A stretch of 64,000 bases of DNA from Takakia lepidozioides (GCA_030704615.1 CM060734.1:11780001-11844000); one strand, 5' to 3'. Counted from the first letter of the stretch, positions 35,834 through 49,175 are shown. Notes: generated by a model not told the origin, from the sequence alone. Program-made: numbers and translations.

Positions 35834-36900
35834 CGTCTCGAGGTTGATCTGGAATCTAGAGGTTGTTTCCACGAAGGCCAAGTTGGCCTTCGGAGAAACA
35901 GGGGCTGTGTGGATTATATCTTCACTCTAAGCCAGATTATCCAGGGAAGGAAAGAAGAAGGGAAACCCACTTTTGTCTTTTTCTTGGATGTCAAAAAGGC
36001 TTATGACACAGTGTGGAGAGATGGTCTATGGCTCCGACTCTGGTCATCTGGGATCAAGGGAAAGATGTGGAGAGTGGTTCATAACATGTATGCTCACACC
36101 AAAAGTTGTGTCACTAATGGACAGAAGTTTAACTTCTTTGACATAGATCAAAGTGTAGCTCAAGGCTGTACCCTCTCCCCTCTGCTCTTCAATGTTTTCA
36201 TCAATCAACTCCTCGAGGATGTGGAAAGTGTGGGATTTGGGTTAAGGGTGGGTGATGCCACCATACCAGCCCTTAGGTTTGCGGATGACTTTGGAGGCAT
36301 AGGGGAGACTCCTTCCAATCTCTAGGAGTTGATTGATTGTGCAAAGAGATACTTTGACATTTGGGGGCTAGAGGCTAACGTCAGTAAATGTGCAGTGGTG
36401 GCTTCAAGGACCGAGGGAGGAGGTGATCTCAAGTGGTAGTGGGGAAGCCAAGAGATTCCTATCCTCCTTGCCTACACATACCTTGGCGTTGAGATTTCCT
36501 CCAACTGTAATTGGGATGCACATATTCAAAAAGTCATTCAATCTGGCAAGTGTAAAGAACTAGGTCACACGAAATTTTTCCACTGCAGAGGGATCAACTC
36601 TGAAGTGAAAAAAACCATGTTTTGCCGCGTTATCAGGCATGCCTTGGAGTACGCATCTGCAGTATGGGTCGATAACTCCAACCAGGCTAAGTCTCTAGAA
36701 TCCATTCAAGTGAGGGTGCTTAAGGAGTGCGTGTCAGCATGCTCCAAAACAGCCAACGTGGCTGTTTGGCATCCCCTCCTTAAGGTCCCGACGAGATTAA
36801 TTGAAGGTCAGATGGTGGGGTCAGCTGCAACAAATGTCTAATATCAGATATCCTAAGTTAATCGACTCTATATCTTGGAAGCAGGATCGTCTGTCAAACA
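35834..36900 (+). mobile_element. Non-L1 LINE RT remnant (copy A)
   Basis: FLDVKKAYDTVWRDGLW..QGCTLSPLLFNVFIN..FADD; contains stops. Confidence 0.9.
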
Positions 36901-36999
36901 GCTACTTCCTGGCGGAAGAGAATGTACTCATAAGACGTTGTTTGTCGTAGCCTTGTGGCCATTGACCCCTCGCCCAGTTTGAGCGGAAACCAAAGGGAC

Positions 37000-39002
37000 A
37001 GAACCTACCTCTGTCAGGGGCTGACGTTGGTAGTAAGACTTACCTTGATACATAGAATTGATCCGGGTTTTCTAGATATCCTCTAGAAATCCTTTCACAC
37101 AAGCATCAATCTGCTGTGTGAGATTTGCCCAAAAACTAGGCCTCAGAAGGGCCTGGGCTTTTGGCTCAGCCTCGAGACTTTCAAAGTTGGTCAACAAAGG
37201 TACAAGCACAATTCCCTTGATAGATATGAAGAGAGCGTCTCTTTGGTGAGAGAACCCCGAACAGTGTATCAGAAAATGAATATTGTCTTCAGGTTGCCCA
37301 CACAACGGGCAATTGCACTCTCCCTTTCCTCTCTGCTTCTGTTTGTTGTTCAAAGGTAGGCTTCCTGCCCTGAGTTTAAATTTCAGTCTAGTGCCGAGAG
37401 TGGGTAGACCCTTGAGGTCATGCAAGATGTCCTCCCCCATGTCACAGACTGGAAACAAGTTTAGGGAAGTTTTCTGCCTAACTTCATTTTCATCAGACAA
37501 TTTCATGGCAACAAACATGGCTTTGGACACTACAGCCTCTAAGTCAGATTTATCCAGCAGGGTCAAGACTTGCGGATCCAGATCCAGGTCCTTGAGAATC
37601 TCTTCTCCTCTCTTCTGCCAGGACTTAGCCTATTTGATAGGGCGGTCCCGTTTCCAAGATATAGAGTCGATTAACTTAGGATATTTGGTGTTGGACATAT
37701 GTTGCAGCTGACCCCACCATCTGACCTTGAATTCATCTCGTCGGGAGCTTAAGGATGGAATGCCAAACTCACCCCGAACAGCCACATTGGCTGTTTTGGA
37801 GCATGCTGACATACACTCCTTAAGCACCCCCACTTGAATGGATTCTAGAGACTTAGCCTGATTGGAGTTATCAACCCAAACTGCAGATCCGTACTCAAAG
37901 GCAGGTCTAATAACGCGACAAAGCATGGTTTTCTTAACCTCAGAGTTGACCCCTCTGCAGTGGAAAAATTTAGTGAACCCCAGAGCTTTGCCCTTGCCAG
38001 TTGGAACAACTTTCTGGATATGTGCATCCCAATTACAATTGGAGGAAAACTCAACACCCAGGTAAGTGTAGGAAGGTAGGACCGGGATCTCTTGGCTACC
38101 CCACTGCCACTTAAGATCACTTCCTCCCTCTCCTCTGTCGTTGAATGCTACCACTGCACATTTGCTGATGTTAGCCTCTAAGCCCCCAAAGATCAAAGTA
38201 TCTCTTCGCGCAATCAATCAACTCCTGGAGATTGGTTGGAGTCTCCCCTATGCCTGCAAAGTCATCCGCAAACATAAGGGCTGGTATGGTGGTATCACCC
38301 TCACTTTCCACATTCTCGAGGAGTTGATTGATGAAAACATTGAAGAGCAGAGGGGAGAGAGTACATCCTTGAGCTACACCTTGGTCTATGTCAAAGAAGT
38401 TGGACTTTTGTCCATTAACAGTGACACAACTTTTGGTGTGAGCATACAAGTTGTGGACAACTCTCCACATCTTTCCCTTGATCCCACAAGACCAGAGGTG
38501 GAGCCATAGGCCATCTCTCCACACCGTGTCATAAGCCTTTTTGACATCCAGGAACAAAACATAAGTGGGTTTCCCTTCTTTTTTCCTTCCCTAGATAATC
38601 TGGCTTAGAAGATATGATCCACACAGCCCCTGTTTCGCCGAAAGCCAACTTGGCCTTCGTGGAAACAACCTCTAGATTCCAGATCAACCTCGAGACGAGT
38701 ACTTACAACTCTGCAAAATGTCTTGCCAACAACATTGAGGAGCGTGATGCCACGGTAGTTCCCCGGTTCTTCTCTGTCACCCTTCTTGTATAGATTGACA
38801 ATGACCCCTATCGCCAGCGAAAGGGGATCATTTCAGTCTTCCAGATAAGGTTAAAGAGGAGAACTAGGGCCTCTATCATGGGATCGCCACCGTGCTTGAT
38901 AAGCTCGTTGACTATGCCATCAGGTCCACCAGAATTATATCCGTTTAAATGTTCAATTGCTTCCACAATCTCAGAAGAACTAGTGGGAGCGTTATAAGCC
39001 AT
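37000..39002 (-). mobile_element. Non-L1 LINE (copy B): RT plus C-terminal CCHC-like motif, inverted relative to copy A
   Basis: GPDGIVNEL; LDVKKAYDTVWRDG; MFADD; CPLCGQPEDNIHFLIHC. Confidence 0.9.
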
Positions 39003-39343
39003 TAAAATATTTGTGAACTGGATTGTATCTCCAGTCGCTTAAATTAGTGATATAAATTTACTCATAGTTGGAAAATGTAGCAAATGCGGTCCTTACGGTA
39101 AGTAGATTGTTCAAGTTGATTCCCTGTTATTTGAAAGATGCTCTGAGCTTTGAATATTGCAGCCTGGTTTATGCAAGGCTATGGTTGATGCTCATGGCTG
39201 CTCACATGCCCATTGGTGGTTTCCACAGAAAAGTCCAAGGTCACCATTCTTCTTACAGAAGCAAAAGAACAAGGCCCTTTAAACTAAGGGTTGGTCGAAC
39301 CCTCCTGTGGTGAAAGCAATGGTAGTTGCCATGATACAAGGTT

Positions 39344-41315
39344 GTGCAGAATCTGAAAGCGGCTTTGCACATTTTGAAGCAACAAGACAATCCTGCAGAC
39401 TCCTGTATCTATGCACTTCTGTTGCGAGAGTGCACCAAGACTGACAATCTTGAAATGGGAAAGCAGGTGCATGCTCACATTATCCACAGTGGATTCAAGC
39501 CAAACATTTTTCTACTCAACACCCTTGTGAACATGTATGCCAAGTGTGGAAGTGTGGTGGATGCACGCCTTGTGTTTGACAAAATGCCTGAACGTAATGT
39601 GTTTACGTGGACTATAATGATGGCAGGATATGCAAAGCATGGGGGTGGCATGGAAGCTATCGAGATCTATGAGCAAATGGTACAGGAAGGAGTGACGCCC
39701 GACAAGGTCACATTCATTTGTGTTCTCAATGCATGTGCAAACCTGGCTGCCCTTGAGAAGGGCACAGAAGTCCACGCCCACATCATCAAAGCTGGAATTA
39801 CACCAGACATCATTCTGGAAAATACCCTCGTTGATATGTATGCCAAGTGCGGGAACATGAAAAATGCAGCTCAAGTGTTTGACAATATGAGCAAGCGAGA
39901 CGTGGTCTCATGGAGTGCGATGATTGCAGGTTATGCTGAGCATGGGTCTGGTATGGAGGCTATCGAAATGTATGAGCAAATGATACGGAAAGGGGTCTAA
40001 CCCAACAAGGTCACATTTATTTGTGTCCTCAATGCCTGTGGTAGCCTGGCAGCCCTAGAAAAGGGCAAACAGGTACATGCTGACATTGTGAAAGCTAGAA
40101 TTGCACTATATATCATTCTGGAGACTGCCCTTGCTGCCATGTATGTAAAATGCGGGAAGATGAAGGATGCATGTCAGGTATTCAGCAATATGGCTCAGCG
40201 AAATGTGGTCTCATGGAGTGCAATGATTGCAGGATGTGCTCAGCATGGGTTTGGTATGGAGGCTATTGAGATCTATGAGCAAATGATATGGGAAGGGGTG
40301 ATGCCTAACAACGTCACATTCATTTGCATTCTGAAGGCGTGTGCCAGCTTGGCAGCATTGGGAAAGGGCAAAGAGGTCCATGCCCACATTATCAAAGCTG
40401 GAATTCACCTGATATCCTTCTGGACACTACCCTTCTGGACATGTATGCCAAATGCGGGAGCATGAAGGATGCGCGTGCAGTGTTTAATAATATGGCTCAA
40501 ACAAATGTGGTTTCATGGAATGCGATGATCACAGGATATGCTCAGCATGGGTGTATCAAGGAGGCCCTCAAACTGTTTGCACAGATGCAACAGGAAGGTG
40601 TCAAGCCAGATGACATCACTTTTATATGTATTCTATCTGCATGTAGCCATGTAGGCCTAGTGGATGAAGGCTGTCACTACTTCGATTCGAGGAGTCAAGA
40701 TCATGCAATCACTCCTACACTGGAGCATTTTGGCTGTATTGTGGCCCTTCTTGGTCGTGCAGGGCGATTGGGTGAGGCAGAGAACTTCATTCAAAAAATG
40801 CCAATCACTCCAGGTGCTGTGGTGTGGAGGGCCTTGCTTGGTGCGTGCAGAATCCATGGGAATGTGAAGGTAGCAGAACATGCTGCAAAATGCCTTCTGA
40901 AGTGGGATCCACAGCATACTGCAACTTACGTGCTGCTATCGAACATCTATGCTGCGGCCGGCAGGTGGGATGATTTAGCAAAGGTGAAGAAGATGATGCA
41001 AGACAGGGGGATCAGACAGGAGACATGGGACACCTGCATGGAGCCAGACAACCAGGGGCATACATTCATTGTAGATGACAAATTGAATCCACTAATCCAG
41101 GATACGCATGCTGAGCCGAAGAGATGGAGCTTGTTACCTGACACACACTTTCTATTGCATGATGTGGAGCAGGGCTAGAGGAATTTCTATTGCCCTCCAG
41201 TGACAAACTGTCGATTTGCTTCGGCTGATAAGCACGGCCGGTGCAACACCTATCGACATCATCAAGAGCCTTGGGGTGTATAGAGACTACCAGACCACAA
41301 AGTTCATCTCAGAAA
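39344..41315 (+). pseudogene. PLS-class PPR gene with E/E+ and degraded DYW domain (organellar RNA-editing factor type)
   Basis: Repeated LVNMYAKCG/VVSWSAMIAGYA/PDKVTFICVL triplets. E domain VWRALLGAC..YVLLSNIYAAAGRW. PDTHFLLHDVE and an SDKL..CFG..IIKSL..TKFIS remnant follow. Stop at 39998-40000 and frameshift at ~40405. Confidence 0.9.
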
Positions 41316-42129
41316 CAAGTTTGTTAAAAAGTTCCATATACTACAGTATCACATTTCTTGTTATACATGTTGCTTCATTCATCAGCTAGCAGGGGTTGGG
41401 TTTATTTGCAAGTTTTCCAAAAAACATTTTTTTAAATAAATAATAATAATAATTTTATTATTATTATTATTATTTTCCCCGAATGTGCCAGATTAAGACA
41501 CCTTAATCTGGCTGGTCTTCTGGTGTGCTATTTGGGGTGAATGGCATCTACAAATTGCTCGGACCACATAATTTATGATTCGTTGTTATGTCCTTCTTCC
41601 AGGTGACCAGAAATCCATACTGGGTAAACGCCATGTCTTTTGCTTGCAAAGCAGGGGTTGGGTTCATTTGCAAGTTTTCCAAAAAAACAAAAAACAAAAA
41701 ATAACATTTTTTTTGTTTTTTGTTTTTTCCCTCCTAAATGTGCCAGATGAAGGTGGCGTTGACGCCAGCTTGATCTGGCTGGTCTTCTGGGCTGGAATTA
41801 AGCTTCCGCCAAATTAAAATACACTTATTTAAACTCAACAACACATGGATCCCTACGCACATGCTGATCGGTAAGGATACATGTTGTTGCAGTCATCCAT
41901 GGTTCACTCATCTGGGCAATTTTTCATCCGACACTCATCCAACGTTCATCCAATGTTTATCCCTTCCCTTTTACGTTCATCACAGATACATTCATCCGTC
42001 AGTTTTTCATCGCACATTCGTGCCACATTGTCGTCATGGAGTCTATCTGTCTTCGGTCCGATGGAGAGGAGATTGCGTCATCGCAGTGGAGATTGCGTCC
42101 ACGGCAATAGGTCCACTTGTTCCCTCGCT

Positions 42130-44400
42130 TTTAGGGTCCGCATCAGTAATTTGCTCACGCTTACAATTTGCATGCGACATCTCTCGATAGAATAGGTCGG
42201 TTTTGAATAGCAGAAAGTACCTCGTCACATAGTCGGTGAGGCTCTCTGCTCCTGCCGCCATCTTCAGCTTGAACTGGTGGGCTTGGGTGTCCAGCTGCTC
42301 TTGCGCATTTGTGGTGACATACGGATAGTCCCCATCAGTTAGCATTCTTCAAGAAATGCTGGAAATCTTCGTGATACAAGAGGGGAAGCACCAAAAAAGC
42401 TTGAAAACAACCTGAAACCACCATGTCATGCGGTTCATCCAGAGGTCGAATGTGGGGTCGGACAGTTTGTCAGGTTTTGGGAAGCTCCACATGTCCCGAA
42501 TACTCTGAGATCCATTCCAGATTTGGAGCCACCGGGTCTGTCCAACCAACGTGGATATTAGTAAGAGAAATAAAGTAAGGGAACACATTGTTGCATGAAG
42601 AGTCCAAGTTGGTTCAGAATGATTAACCTTCTCAGTTGCTGCATCCACACACGCTGTGGCTAGACGATGTAGTTTCTCGATTGTCATTGTTGGCTTAAGA
42701 GCCCGTGAGTAGTGCTTCTCCAACTCCACAAGAAAGTCGTCACCGAGTGCGAGATCAGCAATGGCCACGTACTTCACCATCCGAGACTTGTACTTGAGGC
42801 GCGCCTTTGCCTCGACAGCGTGACATACGATTCGAGTGCACCCAGTGTCAATTTCTTTTCCTCTGACTCCATGTAGAACCTCCTTGCATGTGCCAAATCT
42901 TGGTCAATTCTGGTCTGTTAGCAAAGCACATAGCAATTACAAAGCATGGTCTTCTAATTCCACAACAAAAAATTGAGAATTGCGAAACGGCGAGTTCAAG
43001 AAATTGATTGTTAACGATCCTCTTTTCCAGCACTTGTCCGGAAAAATGTTCTTCGTATGGATGGGAACCATCGGCTTGCCACACGGATGGAACACATAGC
43101 CCAAGTACACCCCGACGAACTAGATTGGCATTACGCCGTGGAGTGTGTTGTGCTGAAGGTGGCGGGTACGGCGGATCGCAGTCTTCTCAAGGCTGCTATA
43201 TTGGCGGACATAAACACGTAAGTTCAAATGCTCCTTGCACTGGAACTTGCAATTTCATAGTCATTTCCGCGGCAAGCCCCTCACATATTGCAACTATGGC
43301 ATCGCAGGGTCATGGAGACTGCCTTCATTGCCACCAACTTGTCCCACATGCTCTTCCGAGTGAAGGATGTGGGGAGGCAGCCGGTGTCTAACTTTGCCAA
43401 ATTCCCTTAGTGCCGATCTCCTGCGGAAGTCGGAGGCAAAGGCTGATAGAATATGGTACATGCTGAACATGGACGCCATGGTCGACTATATCTTTCGGGT
43501 ATTGCGTTCTGCTCTCTTCATGACCCCATACGATATCCATCCCGAAAAGAGAATTTGAGCTTGTCGATATCACCGAAAAAGGCAGGTCTGACCACCTACA
43601 TCGATACCATGCGGCAGAGCGGAATCCGCAGCTTTGCTGGGTAGACCATGCCTCCCAGTACCCTGCCAATGTTGCTGTGGGTTGCCTCCAACATCCTGGC
43701 AGCGGCCAACTTCATATCCGCCTCCGACATGATGTCTCTTGCAGGGGGGTTCTCTGGAAGCCCACCATAACCACCAAATCCAGCCTGTATGCTCCGGCTT
43801 TGGGCCCTGGGGATCTCCGGGAGGATGTCATCCTGGTTAGAAAGGTCCCTCTCCTCCTCATATCCGACATGTACCAACGGAAGCTCAACAGTGCTTGCAA
43901 TGTGGCAAGTGCCTCTTCCCCTCCACCTGCCCCATACCTCGGTGTGTGGGGTGTTTTCTCCTCTACCTCTGCCGGTTTCTTAATGGCTCTGTCTGGTTCA
44001 GGTGTCATGGTACCTCTCTCGTTTGTCAGTGCTTGTGTCATTGCCTCTTCCGTGGTCTTTTCAGTGGCCTTCTCTCTGCCATGTTCTCTTGCCCTGTCTT
44101 TTGCCCTCTCTCGGGCCTTTTGTTTCTTAGATGGCGTGGCTGTAGGTGAGGCCTCTAGGTCCACCACCTTCGACCCCGGGGAAGTCACACCCTCTTGGTG
44201 TTGGTGGGTGTTCTGTTCACTCCCCCCTCAGCAACGTGTGCCTGCTCTTTGGCTGGGGATTGCATGTGCTTCGCCTTTTTCTTCTTCTTCGTGTGGGCGG
44301 GCCCCCCTGCCTGTGCATCGACCTCATGGATGGGCGGATTTGCCACCTGTTTCCATCGCCCTGCACCTGCCATGCCGACTGCTGTAGAGGCAATCTCCCG
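42130..44400 (-). pseudogene. Degenerate ParB-like cargo gene homolog; ~42985-43515 is inverted to the + strand
   Basis: Minus strand: IPLCRMVSM*VVRPA...DIDKLK..F.DGY; IADLALG.DFL..L..HY...MTIEKLHRL; RWLQIW..DPTFDLW. Plus strand: GKMFFVW/DGNHRL...HPDELDWHY; ADINT|gt; IWYML. Confidence 0.75.
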
Positions 44401-45269
44401 AATGCCTATTCGGGCATACTCCCGCTCCAGCACCTCTCTTCCGCCAACAAAAGGATCTAGTTTTGGATTGGCCTCTAGTGCCCACGTAGGCGACCCGAGA
44501 ATGCGAATATCAGAGACCGCAGACTGCTGTCGATGACTGTCAGACTGCGGTCGATGGGTTGGAGTCACTGCTTGTTGACTTGGAGCAGTCGAGGATACCA
44601 CTACCGTGTCCTAATCGTCTTCACTCTGTCATCCCCAACACGGGCGGCACCATCCAAATCAAATCAACAGTCGTGACAGGCAGAGTAGGGATAAGCATGA
44701 AAGCAAAAACAACTTTGTTCCTACATATAAGCATGAAAGTAAATACAAGTAATCGCCAACAATCATTTGCAATCGCACATGCAGAAGCACAAAGAAAATG
44801 TTCGGGCGCGAAGAAGAGGACGACACATCTACAAAAAGCGGAAGAAACATGCGCTCACCTCAAAGTGCTTGGCTTCAGTTGACATGGGCTGTGAGCAAGA
44901 CAAGGTTATCTCCTGCTGTAGCTTTAGTCTGGCCATGCGAGACGTTGGTCGCGGCCCCTAGTACAAAGGTTTCAGTTTGCGCCGCTGCCTTGATGGGGGG
45001 TTTTTGAGGAGAGCCTCGCCCTTCTCCACGCGGCATAAGTCCGACTAACAGTAAAATCAAACGCATAATGTGTTGTGGCATTCGGGGAAAGGAACTTCAT
45101 CCACACGTCACATCAGTGGCTCCAGGCGTAGCCGGGAAGCTAGCATGGAATCTGTGCGAACAATCCGGGTTCAAAAAGGAAGATGGCGGAACATAAATGC
45201 GGGCCGCCGGGAATAACTGTGACTGGTTGCGAACTCGCCCAGGACGACACTTGTCCGAGTCATACCCCG

Positions 45270-46187
45270 ACAGGACTTCATCCGCCCAAAAAAAAGCGCC
45301 ATATTTCCATTCGGGGTGATGAACTCTGGCAGGCATGTGGAGCCCACTCCGCCCGAGACCACTTCATCACAGACCCCTCGGATGGAAATTCGGCGCCATA
45401 TTTCCATCCGGGGGATGAAGTTTGGCACCATCGAGAGGATCCATCCAGGCCCTCGAGGACTTCATCCCCGCCCCCTCGGATGGAAATACGGCACCGAATT
45501 TCCATCCGGGGGATGAAATTTGGCAGCCACATGCACCCATGTCGGCCCCCCAGGACTTCATCCCTCGCCCCTCAGATGGAAATACGGCACCGAATTTCCA
45601 TTGAGGGGATGAACTCTGGCAGCCATGTGGACCCATTTCGGCCCACCAAGACTTCATCCCTGGCCCCTAGGAGGGAAATATGGCGCCGAATTTCCATCGG
45701 GCGGATGAACTCTGGCAGCCAACTGGAATCATGAACTCTGGCAAACCATGTGGACCCATCTCGGCCCACCAGGACTTCATCCTTGGCCCCTAGGATGGAA
45801 ATACGGCGCCGAATTTCCATCGGGGGGATGAACTCTGGCAGCCATGTGGACCCATCCCGGCCCACCAGGACTTCATCCCTGGCCCCTAGGATGGAAATAC
45901 GGCACCGAATTTCCATCGGGGGGATGAACTCTGGCAGCCATGTGGACCCATCTCGGCCTACCAGGACTTCATCCCTGGCCCCTAGGATGGAAATACGGCG
46001 CCGAATTTCCATCGGGGGGATGAACTCTGGCAGCCATGTGGACCCATCTCGGCCTACCAGGACTTCATCCCTGGCCCCTAGGATGGAAATACGGCGCCGA
46101 ATTTCCATCGGGGGGATGAACTCTGGCAGCCATGTGGACCCATCTCGGCCACCAGGACTTCATCCCTGGCCCCTAGGATGGAAATAC
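45270..46187. repeat. ~9-copy 96-bp tandem array with palindrome GATGGAAAT.CGG-YR-CCG.ATTTCCATC and an internal GGATGAA...TTCATCC inverted pair
   Basis: Unit ATG positions 45828, 45924, 46020 and 46116. Confidence 0.92.
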
Positions 46188-47024
46188 GACTTGACGAGCC
46201 ACCGGGTGGAGAAGAAGATTCATGGCGAGCTAACAAGAATATTTGCACGGTCCCTCGAGGTCCGGTAATGTTGCCCGAGAACATCTCCTCCAGCACCGCA
46301 AGCTCTGCACGTTCCAGATCGCGATCTCCTTTGAGCACAGGGCATGTGCTCGAGGAACATTCCAAGCCATCTGTTGTCACGCAGTACAACATACCCATTG
46401 TCGAGACAAGAGTGTCGGAGTCACAGTATTGCAAGGACAATGCCTGGATTTCGAGGCTATTGAGATCCACTAGCAGTTCAATGTCGAAACAAAATCCATA
46501 ATAAGATGACGGCAGGATGAATTTGCAGAAGTACCCAGAAAACTGAGTACTAGTTGTGGGGGCCATTTCTAGAAATATGGCGCCGAATTTCTAGATTTTG
46601 GGCCCAAAACTGGCTAAGTCCCAGCATGTCTGGGAAACATGTAACGAAAAATGGGGCCGAATTTCCAGTAAAAAGTTCCAAATATCTGTGCACTTGTAGG
46701 CACCATCTCCCGAAATTCGGCGCCGCATTCCCAATTCCTACGCCAACTTACTTGAATGGCAGGGACCTATAGCCGCGAAATTCGGCACCATTTTAACTGA
46801 GGTCGCTCGCATTTTCCATGAGCGCAAGAATTTTTTTCATGAGCACTCCTCCAAAAACTTCAATTTCACTTTCACACAATCTATATTATAACATCATTTC
46901 TCTGACACAATCCATTAAAAATATATTTTAAAATATTTTAAAATCCAAAAAATTAAACTTCTGCTCATGCCGCTCATGCCGCTCATGCCGCTCATGCTCA
47001 TGAAATAGCTAACCTCCAATTGCA

Positions 47025-47997
47025 GCTCTGACAATGTCGCCATGGACCTCTTTGCCCTTTTCCAGAGCTGCCAGGGCAATGTTCATACTGACATTTGGTA
47101 CAATTCCAGCGACGATATCCCCATGCACCTCTTTCCCTTGTCCAGGGCTCGATGCACCCACATTTTGCATACATGTCCACCAGGGTATGGTTCAGAATGA
47201 CATTTGGTACAATTCCAGCTCTGAAGATGTTGCCATGGACCTCTTTCCCCTTTTCCAGAGCTACCAGGGTAGTGTTTAGAATGACATTTGGTACAATTCC
47301 AGTTTTGATGATATCCCCATGCACCTCTTTGCCCTTCTCCAGGGCTCGATGCACCCACATTTTGCATACATGTCCACCAGGGTATGGTTCAAAATGACAT
47401 TTGGTACAATTCTAGCTCTGAAGATGTCGCCTTTTCCAGAGCTGTCAGGGCAGTGCTCATAATGACATTTGGTACAATTCCAGCTTTGATGATATCCCCA
47501 TGCAACTCTTTGCCCTTCTCCAGGGCTGCCAGGCTTGCACAAACATTGCAAATGCACACAAACATGATGTGGTCGGGCTTCACCCCTTCTCCCATCACTT
47601 GCTCATAGGTCTACAAAGCCTCCATCCTACGTCCCTGTTGTGCATACCGTGCAAGCATCGCACTCCACGACACCACATCTCGTTTAGCCTGCATAGTGTT
47701 GAACATTCCTTTTGCATCCTCGATGCACCCACATTTTGCATACATATCCACCAGGGTATGGTTGAGAATGACATTTGGTACGATTCCAGCTCTGAAGATG
47801 TCGCCATGGACCTCTTTCCCCTTTTCCAGAGCTGCCAGGGCAGTGTTCAGAATGACATTTGGTACAATTCCAGCTTTGATGATATCCCCATGCACCTCTT
47901 TGCCCTTCTCCAGCGCTGCCAGGCTTGCACAAGCATTGCAAATGCACACAAACATGATGTGGCCGGGCTTCACCCCTTCCCCCATCATTTGCTCATA
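47025..47997 (-). pseudogene. Scrambled, internally duplicated PLS-PPR fragments
   Basis: Repeated ALEKGKEVHGDII.AGIVPNVILN and LVDMYAKCGCIE blocks with frameshifts. Confidence 0.85.
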
Positions 47998-48089
47998 GGT
48001 CTTTTGTTTGTTTGGGGCTTAGTGAGTTCTTTGCAAACTAATGAAACGTCAATGCGCTTCCTCCAGACATATTAAGGTATACCATCATG

Positions 48090-48285
48090 TCAGGGAAACC
48101 TTGATCGCAATTTTCTCTAGACATATCTAAGTGATATGCCAAGGAAACCTTGACCGCGGTTTCCCCCAAACATATCTTATATCACCTAAGTGATATGCCA
48201 GGGAAACCTCGACCGCGTTCCCCCCAAAACATATCTTATATCACCTAAGTGATATGCCAGGGAAACCTCGACCGCGGTTTCCTCG
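48090..48285. repeat. ~60-bp tandem repeat, 3-4 copies (GTGATATGCCAGGGAAACCTCGACCGCG...)
   Basis: Direct reading. Confidence 0.8.
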
Positions 48286-48436
48286 AAGCTCTTGAACGCC
48301 CTGCACCACATCAAGTGTTTAGTGATCCACAAGCTCACCTCACTAATCTAATCTGCTCATAATCACGTCCACTAATCCACTCACTAATCCATAGAACCCC
48401 GATGTTTGCTTTGAGAGCCAAGATAAGCAATGTTAA

Positions 48437-49161
48437 TGTCGCGACCCTTTGCCTTGAGGGCAGGGGGTCGGGACACAAGAGGGGCTGCCTTTGTGGTGGG
48501 GGCAGTGGCAACAATAGGTATGGGGGCTGAAGCAACCTTGAGTGCCCAAGGCACTCAAGGAGGCAGAGGCACTCACTAGGTGGAGCCCCGCACACCGGGT
48601 TGTGGTGGGGGTGGTTCCACGAGGGGTGGTGGTAGCTTAGTGGGTCTTAGTGGGGGTGGCATAGGACTCACCATGGGGCGGAGACCTTGTGGTGGGAGTC
48701 GTGGGGAGTCTTGGGACTCATCACGGTCCATTGGGGCCGTGGTGGGTGAGCCAAGACTCAACGCGACTCATCACCGGGAGTCAAGGGTCTTCGTGGTGGT
48801 CCGCCATAAAAGGACGGTGTTGTTTGAGAAACCCCCGCGGACAGTCATAGAAGTATATATAGGGAGTAGTAACCCCGAGAACGGTGCAAGCCCGTTGGTG
48901 ACCAAAAACTAGTGAATAAGCGTGCGAGCCGGAAAGCGACCAAGGTGTGGGGAGCTGTTCCGGACTGCCAACAACCAAAGGGAATTTCCACTAGGCCCAA
49001 AGTGAGCGAGGGTCTTGTGGAAGAGCAAAGGGGGACCGTTATGTCCCGGTGAGCAACCGAAGCTCCGAGTTGGCCCGACGGCCAGTTTGGGAGTTAGGCG
49101 CGCGCATCTTTGCGAGTAACTATGACGTGAACGGGAGCTTACCGAAGTGAGGTGTGCGACA
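48437..49161 (+). mobile_element. 5' LTR of a Ty3/gypsy element
   Basis: TGTCGC...GCGACA termini, followed by a PBS. Confidence 0.92.
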
Positions 49162-49163
49162 CT

Positions 49164-49175
49164 TGGTATCAGAGC
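49164..49175 (+). promoter_or_regulatory. Primer-binding site (initiator tRNA-Met)
   Basis: TGGTATCAGAGC, 2 nt after the LTR. Confidence 0.9.

Larger units (their letters stand above)
42130..47016. mobile_element. Copy 4 of the family: ParB cargo gene (minus strand, internal inversion), 96-bp array, transposase fragment, terminus
   Basis: Homology to copy-1 cargo exons. 46188-46430 matches the copy-2 transposase segment (EEDSWR..NI.T.PRGPVMLP). Ends (GCTCAT)n GAAATAGCTAACCTC. Confidence 0.75.

Noticed and set aside
43166-43180. 'CDPPY' methyltransferase motif on the minus strand
   Set aside because: It is the antisense of the inverted ParB exon with no MTase context, so probably chance.
45183-46268. 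Repetitive ORFs (MEIRRRISIGG..., also 19044-19640 and 21430-22480)
   Set aside because: Open frames arise from tandem DNA repeats; there is no coding evidence.
30813-47016. One 16-kb element bracketed by the 30813 and 47016 termini
   Set aside because: No TSD (CCACGGTCC vs CAATTGCAG), and the interior is unrelated debris.
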